A stretch of DNA of 64,000 bases from Neocallimastix sp. 'constans' (Eukaryota), in the NCBI GenBank assembly GCA_050613775.1, contig JBODTK010000154.1, forward strand, positions 186,001 to 250,000, in the 5' to 3' direction. Numbering within the stretch: the stretch's first letter is position 1; the number at the start of each line of letters is the position of its first letter. The translations under genes and the position numbers were made by a program. The notes below the pieces were generated by a model. The model saw only the letters and a list, made by a program, of their open reading frames with translations. It was not told where the DNA came from and did not search any database. Positions 56,330 through 64,000 of this stretch are shown one piece after another.

Positions 56330-56718
56330 AAAATAAAATTATCATTTTAAAAAATGAAAAAAATAAAAAAATAAAAAATAAAAAAAAATAAAATTATCAT
56401 CTTAAAAAATAAAAAAAAATTAAAAATAAAAAAAAAATAAAACTATCATCTTAAAAAATAAAAAAAAAAAAATAAAATTATCATTTTAAAAAATAAAAAA
56501 AAAATAAAAAATAAAAAATAAATTTATCATTTTAAAAAATAAAAAAAATAAAAAGATAAAAAAGTAAATTTATTATTTTAAAAAATAAAAAAAATAAAAT
56601 TATCATCTTAAAAAATAAAAAAAAATAAATAAAAAAAAATAAAGAATAAAAAAAAAAAAAAAACTATCATTTTAAAAAATAAAAAAATAAAAAAATAAAA
56701 TTATCATTTTTAAAAAAA
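56330..56718. repeat. A-rich minisatellite with core AAATTATCAT(T/C)TTAAAAAAT
   Basis: The core recurs about nine times, separated by variable A-rich spacers. Confidence 0.75.
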
Positions 56719-57224
56719 TATAGCATTTGATAATTTTATTTCTATAATTTCTCTTAAATTATTAATTTGAAAAAAAGTATTATTTATAAAATAGCAATTA
56801 TTATCTTTTTTTTTATTTGTAATTTAACTTTTCTACTTTATTTAAATATAAATTACTTTATTTTTTTTTTTTCACTTTATTTATATGTTATATGTTTTTA
56901 TATATAGTTAATGAAATAATAATAACAATTTTAAATAAATTAATTTAGTCATTTTTATAGTACATACATATTTTTAAACATTGTATTATATTAAAAGTTA
57001 AGTTTTATATTTAAATATACTCAAATAGATTTATAAGAAATATTTATAATAATAATAATAATAATATAATAATAATATTGATAAAATTCATTATCTTCTA
57101 ATATGAATATAAAATTAATTAAAAAAATATCAATCAAAAACTATTCTAAAATTTAGAGGAAATTTTTGTTTTTTTTTAGTTTTTATTGATATTAGTTTAT
57201 AAATTTTAAATTTTAATATTTTAG

Positions 57225-57264
<40 letters not shown>

Positions 57265-57959
57265 AAAAATTTTATTCCAACTTAATAAGGGATATTTTAA
57301 TTTTTTAAATGAACTATTTTTATTTTTAATCAGAATTTTTAATGTAATTATTTTCCATTGTAATAAGTACATAAAAAATTAATTATAGGATGCATTGAAG
57401 TTTTTTTTTTTTTTTATAAAATATATTTTATATATATTAAAATAATATAAATATTATAATAAAAAAGAAAAGATCTATATATTAAAGACTTTAATAATAA
57501 TTTTTATCATAATTATACTATATTTATTAATACATAATTTTATAATTATTAATTATTTATTTGTTAAAAATAATCTCTAATTATAAAAAAAAAAAAAATG
57601 TTAAATATTAAAAGTATAATAATTTATAATAATCATTTTAGAAATTTCAAAAATACTAATTACTATATTAAAACAAAAAATATAATACTTTTTTTTTTTT
57701 TTTAAAAGTTTTAAACTAATAATTTAATAAATTAATAATTAAATTAAAAAATAAAAATAAACAATTGAAGATACGACACAATTACTATATAAATATATAG
57801 TAAGTACATCTTCAATTTTAAATATTTTAATTTTTTATGAGTCTAATTAATTTAATTATATTTAAATTATTGGTTACGGCGTTTTAAATTAAATTATTAA
57901 AATAAATAAATATTCGCAGATCACCTATTAAATTATTAATACGGAATTTTTTTTTTTTT

Positions 57960-58105
57960 TTTTTTTTTACTTTATTCCTTATTATATTGAAATAATGGGT
58001 AAAAAAATTTTTTTTACTTTATTCCTTATTATATTGAAATAATGGGTAAAAAAATTTTTTTTACTTTATTCCTTATTATATTGAAATAATGGGTAAAAAA
58101 AAAAA
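57960..58105. repeat. Three-copy ~47-bp tandem repeat
   Basis: tactttattccttattatattgaaataatgggtaaaaaaa occurs three times. Confidence 0.85.
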
Positions 58106-58107
58106 TG

Positions 58108-58138
<31 letters not shown>

Positions 58139-58443
58139 TTTTTTATATTATTTATTCAATTAAAAAAAAAAAATTAACATTATTATATAAATATATATCT
58201 TTCTCAATTAAAAAGATAATTTTTTTAATCTTTTTTTTTTTTTTTTTTCAAAAATAATTAATTATTAATTTGATGATATTTTATTATATATTATCTAAAA
58301 AAAATAAATCGACAAAAAATAATAATATTTATTGAAAATTATTATTTCTAAAATTATAAGATGATAAAATTAATAATATAAATAAGCTTTTTTATTTTTT
58401 TACTTTGTACTTTATATTTTTATCCTTATCTTTTTACAGAATT

Positions 58444-58475
<32 letters not shown>

Positions 58476-59731
58476 TCTTTCTTTTTTCTTTTTATTAGGT
58501 TTATGTTAAATATATGGATTTTATAATTATTAAAGTTTATGTTAACAATAATAATCCTCAAACATTTTAAAAATTATATAATGGCTTTGAACTTTTTTTT
58601 TTTTTTTTTCTTAACTTTTGGATTTAAAGATTGGGGTGCACAAATTAAAATTTAAATCATTTAGGTATGACACATTTTTTTTTTTTTTTTATTTATTTAT
58701 TTATTTAAAACATTTTATTATTTTTTTTTTTATATTTCATCTTTAATATAAATATAAATATGCAAATTAATAAAAAAATAAAAACTAGTTAGTAAATAAA
58801 TTTTTAAAATTAATTAATCTTTAAAATTTAAAAAAAAAAAAAAAATTATATATATTTCTTAAATTTTATATATATCCTAATTATTATAATATATCTTGGT
58901 TTAATTTTTAAGTTCAGAAATAATTTATTTACCTATAGTAAAAAAAAAAAATAATTTATCTAAAATGAAAGACAATAAACATTAAAAAAAAAATAATAAT
59001 AATAAAAAAAATAAAATAAAAAAAATTAAATAAATAAAATAAATATAATAAATAAAATTAATTTTGTTTCATAATTTAATATTAATTTTAGTTGGATTTG
59101 TCTTTAAAAGCTATTGTACAACCAAAACATTATATTATAATTATCATCTAAAAATAAATAAATAAATAAATAAAATTTTAATATAAAATTTTTGATCTTT
59201 AATAATTAAAATAAAATAATAATAAAAATAATATCTGATATTTATATTTTAATAATTTATTTTAAAATTATTTAGAATATTAAAATAAATGGTATTTATT
59301 ATGTTTTAAATTTTTTTTTTTAAAGTAAAATTAAAACTTTTCTGTGCAAATCAAAAACTTTATTTATATGAAATACTTAGATAACAATATGATTTCCAAT
59401 TAAACAAAAAAAAAAAAAAAAAAAAAAAAAACACGAAAAATTTATATTAAAATAATAAAATATATATAAAAAAATATATATCTATATTATATTATTTATT
59501 TTTATTTATTTTTATTTTTTTATTTTTTGCTTTGTTTTATTTTGTTTTGTTTTGCTTTGTTTTTATTATATTCGATTATCAAAATAAAATGATGTAAAAT
59601 TAATATATATTGATATATTAAAAATTATATTAAATCATTAATTATAGTTTATTATCTTTTTTTTTTTAAAAAAAAATAATAATAATAATAATAAAATTTA
59701 TAATTAAAAGAATTTATTATTTTCTTTTGAA

Positions 59732-59830
59732 TATAAAAAGAGAAAAAAATTTCCTTGGAATAATAATTATTTCAATATTCATTAATTAACAATAGTATTT
59801 TAACTATAATAATTTTCTCTGGAAGAAAAT
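59732..59830 (+). promoter_or_regulatory. TATA box plus CNGGN-loop hairpin upstream of GH6 copy 6
   Basis: TATAAAAAG at 59732; stem ATTTTCT/AGAAAAT with loop CTGGA at 59819-59823. Confidence 0.7.
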
Positions 59831-59973
59831 AATAATAAAGAAACTATTTAATAGTGCAAGTCACATAAAAATTAAATAATTTTTTATTTTAAAAATTTAT
59901 TTTTTATAATTCTTTTATTCTTTTTATATATATATATATATATATATTTATTAAATTTTATTGAAAAAAATTC

Positions 59974-60004
<31 letters not shown>

Positions 60005-60010
60005 ATCAAA

Positions 60011-61489
60011 ATGAAGGCATCTCTTGCTATTACTGCTATTGCTGCTCTCGCTGTTAAGGCTTCTGCTGCCTGTTGGTCTTCCAGCTTAGGTTATCCATGT
60101 TGTTCATCCTCCAGTGCTGAAGTTTGGTACACTGATAATGATGGTAAATGGGGTGTTGAAAATGGTGACTGGTGTGGTATTCCAAAGGAATCTCCATCTT
60201 CAGCTACTTGTTGGTCTCTTTCTCAAGGTTATCCATGTTGTAAATCAACAACTCAAGTTGCTTACACTGATGATTCAGGAAAGTGGGGTGTTGAAAATGG
60301 TGATTGGTGTGGTATTTCATCAGATTCTGCTGGTAGTTCTACTGGTGGTAGTAACGAAGATATTAATGTTACTCCAGGTGAACAATACACTCACAATGGT
60401 AATCCATTCTCTGGTGTTGAATTCTTCATTAACCCATACTATACTGCTGAAGTTGATGCCGCAATTGCTCAAATGAGTGATTCTTCTCTTATTGCTAAGG
60501 CTGAAAAGATGAAGACCTACTCAAACGCTATCTGGTTAGATACCATTAAGAATATGCAAAGTTGGTTAGAAACTAACTTAAAGGGTGCTCTTGCTCAACA
60601 AACTGGAAGTAAGAAGGTTTTAACCGTTTTTGTTGTTTATGATTTACCAGGTCGTGATTGTCACGCTCTTGCCTCTAATGGTGAACTTCTTGCCAATGAT
60701 GGTGACTTAGCTCGTTACAAGTCAGAATATATTGATGTTATTGAAGGTCACTTAAAGACTTACAAATCTCAACCAGTTGTTCTTATTGTTGAACCAGATT
60801 CACTTGCTAACTTAGTTACTAATCTTGAATCTACTCCAGCATGTCGTGATTCTGAAAAGTACTATCTTGAAGGACATGCTTACTTAATTAAGAAGTTTGG
60901 TGTTCTTCCACATGTTGCTATGTACCTTGATATAGGTCACGCCTTTTGGTTAGGTTGGGATGATAATCGTGAAAAGGCTGGTAAGGTTTATGCTAAGGTT
61001 ATCAGTTCCGGTTCCCCAGGTAAGGTTCGTGGATTCACTGATAATGTTTCTAACTACACTCCATGGGAAGATCCAACTCTTTCTCGTGGACCAGACACTG
61101 AATGGAACCCATGTCCAGATGAAAAGAGATACCTTGAAGCTATGCACAAGGACTTCAAGGCTGCCGGTATTGAATCTGTTTACTTTGTTTCTGATACTTC
61201 TCGTAACGGTAAGAAGGTTGATCGTAAACATCCAGGAGAATGGTGTAACCAAACTGGTGTTGGTGTTGGTGCCAGACCACAAGCCAGTCCAGTTTCTGGT
61301 ATGGATTACCTTGATGCTTTCTACTGGATTAAGCCACTTGGTGAATCTGATGGTACTTCTGATGAAAGTGCAGCTCGTTTCGATGGTTACTGTGGTCATG
61401 AAACTGCTATGAAGCCAGCTCCAGAAGCCGGTCAATGGTTCCAAAAGCACTTTGAACAAGGTATTAAGAATGCTAATCCACCACTTTAA
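60011..61489 (+). CDS. cel6A: Double-dockerin GH6 cellobiohydrolase, copy 6
   Basis: 492 aa; the N-terminal part is identical to copy 5. Confidence 0.95.
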   Translation: MKASLAITAIAALAVKASAACWSSSLGYPCCSSSSAEVWYTDNDGKWGVENGDWCGIPKESPSSATCWSLSQGYPCCKSTTQVAYTDDSGKWGVENGDWCGISSDSAGSSTGGSNEDINVTPGEQYTHNGNPFSGVEFFINPYYTAEVDAAIAQMSDSSLIAKAEKMKTYSNAIWLDTIKNMQSWLETNLKGALAQQTGSKKVLTVFVVYDLPGRDCHALASNGELLANDGDLARYKSEYIDVIEGHLKTYKSQPVVLIVEPDSLANLVTNLESTPACRDSEKYYLEGHAYLIKKFGVLPHVAMYLDIGHAFWLGWDDNREKAGKVYAKVISSGSPGKVRGFTDNVSNYTPWEDPTLSRGPDTEWNPCPDEKRYLEAMHKDFKAAGIESVYFVSDTSRNGKKVDRKHPGEWCNQTGVGVGARPQASPVSGMDYLDAFYWIKPLGESDGTSDESAARFDGYCGHETAMKPAPEAGQWFQKHFEQGIKNANPPL

Positions 61490-62189
61490 GTGTATTAGAA
61501 TTATAAATGATAAATTTCAAAAAAAACTATTTTACATTTCTAAAATAAATAAAAAGAAAAGAAAAATAGATATTATTTAAAAAAAAATATATATATATGT
61601 TATATTTACAAAAAAGAAAATATTTATGTTTAAAAATATATTTAGTATATTTAATAATATTTTTTTAACTACTATTAATTTAATAAAAGTATATATTAAA
61701 TGAAGTTAAAAGATATAAGATATATATAAATATTTTTGTAGAAAAAATAGAAGTTCAAAATTTAAAATAATTTAAATTATGAATTAAAAAATGATTAAGT
61801 ATTAAAATAAAATAAAAATTAAAATAAAAAAAAAAAAAAGAAAAAAAAAAAAAGAAAAAAAAAATATATATATATATATATGTGTGTGTATATTTGGATA
61901 GTATTATAATTTATTCGATCATAATATGTAATTAGATAACTCTTTATTATAATATTAATATATAAATAATGATAAATAATATTTGATTACATTATAAAGG
62001 ATGATTTATAAATAATTTTGGAATATTATATTATAGTTTAAAAATAAATGAGATCAAAAGAAGGATAAAATTTATATAAAAAAAATTTATATTATATATA
62101 AATATTATCCATGGATTATGGTAATTAATAAACAAATAAATAATTACGGATTAAAAAATTTGCAATAATTATGGTAATACAAAAAAAAA

Positions 62190-62372
62190 AAAAAATTAGT
62201 AGTACTCTTGAGTTACTCTTTAATTGGTAAGAAAAAAAAATTAATAGTACTCTTGAGTTACTCTTTAATTGGTAAGAAAAAAAAAATTAGTAGTAACTCT
62301 TGAGTTACTCTTTAATTGGTAAAAAAAAAAAAATTAGTAGTACTTTTGAGTTACTCTTTAATGGGTAAGAAA
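62190..62372. repeat. Four-copy ~46-bp tandem repeat
   Basis: attagtagtactcttgagttactctttaattggtaa(g)(A)n occurs four times with minor variants. Confidence 0.85.
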
Positions 62373-62384
62373 AAAAAAAAAAAC

Positions 62385-62807
62385 CTTCACAACCAATAGA
62401 GTCAACGACGAAATCGATATGGTATAAAAAAGAACCCTCTTATGACTAGTCCTTCCAATTCCATCTTACACATGAACAAGTAATAATCATTCTTTACACA
62501 ATGAAATCTACGAAGAAAATAAGTCTTCTGATAATATTTTCTCTTGGTTCGAGAAAGAGTTACCATACCACACTATCCACTCTACAAATGTTACTTCTTT
62601 GTTTTATTTTAGTAAATATTTTAGGTAGAAATGATCTCTATTCATATCATTACACTATAATTACTTTTTCATTGTATTACAATAATTTTAATTTTTTATT
62701 AAAATTTAATATATTTATATTATATTTCTACATTTTAAATGTTAATTTTTTTTTTAATCATTCATGAATAAAACAATGGAAGTGTATTCTATTTATAGTC
62801 AAAAAAA

Positions 62808-62825
<18 letters not shown>
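62385..62825 (+). mobile_element. LINE 3'-end fragment with poly-A
   Basis: accaatagagtcaacgacgaaatcgatatgg is a variant of the shared LINE terminal motif; 3' UTR similarity to 5936-6248; A tail at 62801-62825. Confidence 0.65.
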
Positions 62826-62840
<15 letters not shown>

Positions 62841-63923
62841 CTTTTTTTTTTTTTTTGTCGTTTTATATTAAATTAAAATAATGAAATTATTTTTATTATT
62901 TTTTAATTCAATGTTTATTATTTTTTTTATTAATAAATTATTCTTTTTTTTCATGGAACTTCTTCATGCTATTTTAATGAAGCTAACAAAAAAAAAAAAA
63001 AAATAATAATAAAAATAAAAATAAAAATAAAAATAAAAATAAAAATAAAAATAAAAATAAAAATAAAAAAAATAAAATTATTAATAAAAATAGAATTATA
63101 AAAATTCCAAAATTGTATATATTTCAGATTTTTTTTTTTTTTTTTTAATACAAAAACATTATTTAGTGATCTTAACGAATTTAAGAAGCCTAAAATTTTT
63201 ACAATCTGTCAAATTATTAATTGAAGCTGAAAAAAAAAAAAAAAAAAAAAGTTTGTCAAATATTTTTAAGAGTTTTTAATTAATAATATGACCTCCAAAA
63301 ATTTTATCCATTTCAAATTTTTAAAGAACGCCTAAAAAATATGAATTGTTATTATCATTAATTCAATATAATTATATATACATGTATAATAGTAATAATA
63401 CTGAAATTAATATAAACCCTAATTTACTAATAAATTAATTTTTATTTTTTATATTATTAAATTAAATTATATATATATATATATAAAATTCATTCCATAA
63501 AGAAAAAAAAAAAAAAAATTAGACCATCCCCAATCTCTAAAATAGGTGATGTAGTCTTTTATTAAACATTTTTTTTTTTTTTAAATAAAGAAATATATAT
63601 ATATATATATATATTTCTTTATTTATAACATTTTATACATAAAATAAGGAAATTTTAAAACAAAAAAAAATTAATACATCCCTTATATGATAAATTAATT
63701 ATTGATAAATATATTAAATTAAATTAAAAATATGTAAAAAAAAAAAAAAAAAATGTTAAAGATAAAAAATTAAAGTAAAAAGGAAGACATTAAATATAAA
63801 ACTTTATAAAGATTAAATTTTATAAATATAGAAAATAAATATATTAATACTTTAATAAAATGAAAAACAAAAAAAATAATAATAATAATAAAAATTAGGA
63901 ATAAACTTTATTTATTAAAAAAA

Positions 63924-63955
<32 letters not shown>

Positions 63956-64000
63956 TAAAAATAAAAATAAAATATAATGAAATTTTTTATATTAGTATTA

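Noticed and set aside
62190..62372. CRISPR-like appearance of short repeat arrays (also 57960-58105 and 51215-51830)
   Set aside because: The spacers are A or T runs rather than unique sequences, there are no cas genes, and the context is eukaryotic.

Overview
Very AT-rich eukaryotic DNA, most likely from an anaerobic gut fungus (Neocallimastigomycota; inferred from the fungal-type double dockerins and the AT content). It holds six intact, intronless, same-strand genes for secreted double-dockerin GH6 cellobiohydrolases (Cel6A-like), plus a decayed 3' fragment of a seventh. Between them lie 5'-truncated LINEs, a tRNA-headed SINE, Mutator-like MITEs and remnants, a decayed Copia element, an Hsp20 pseudogene missing from the ORF track, and a frameshifted ankyrin-repeat gene with a truncated paralog. 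Top observation: all six GH6 genes carry the same hairpin, TTTTCT-CTGG(A/T)-AGAAAA, 70-87 nt after a TATA box and before the ATG, even where the flanks are otherwise unrelated. Its loop matches the CNGGN Smaug/Vts1 recognition element, which suggests post-transcriptional control of cellulosomal cellulase mRNAs. Second: a short motif near the 3' end is shared by six diverged LINE copies and the SINE. All calls were made by eye, without tools; boundaries of decayed elements are approximate.
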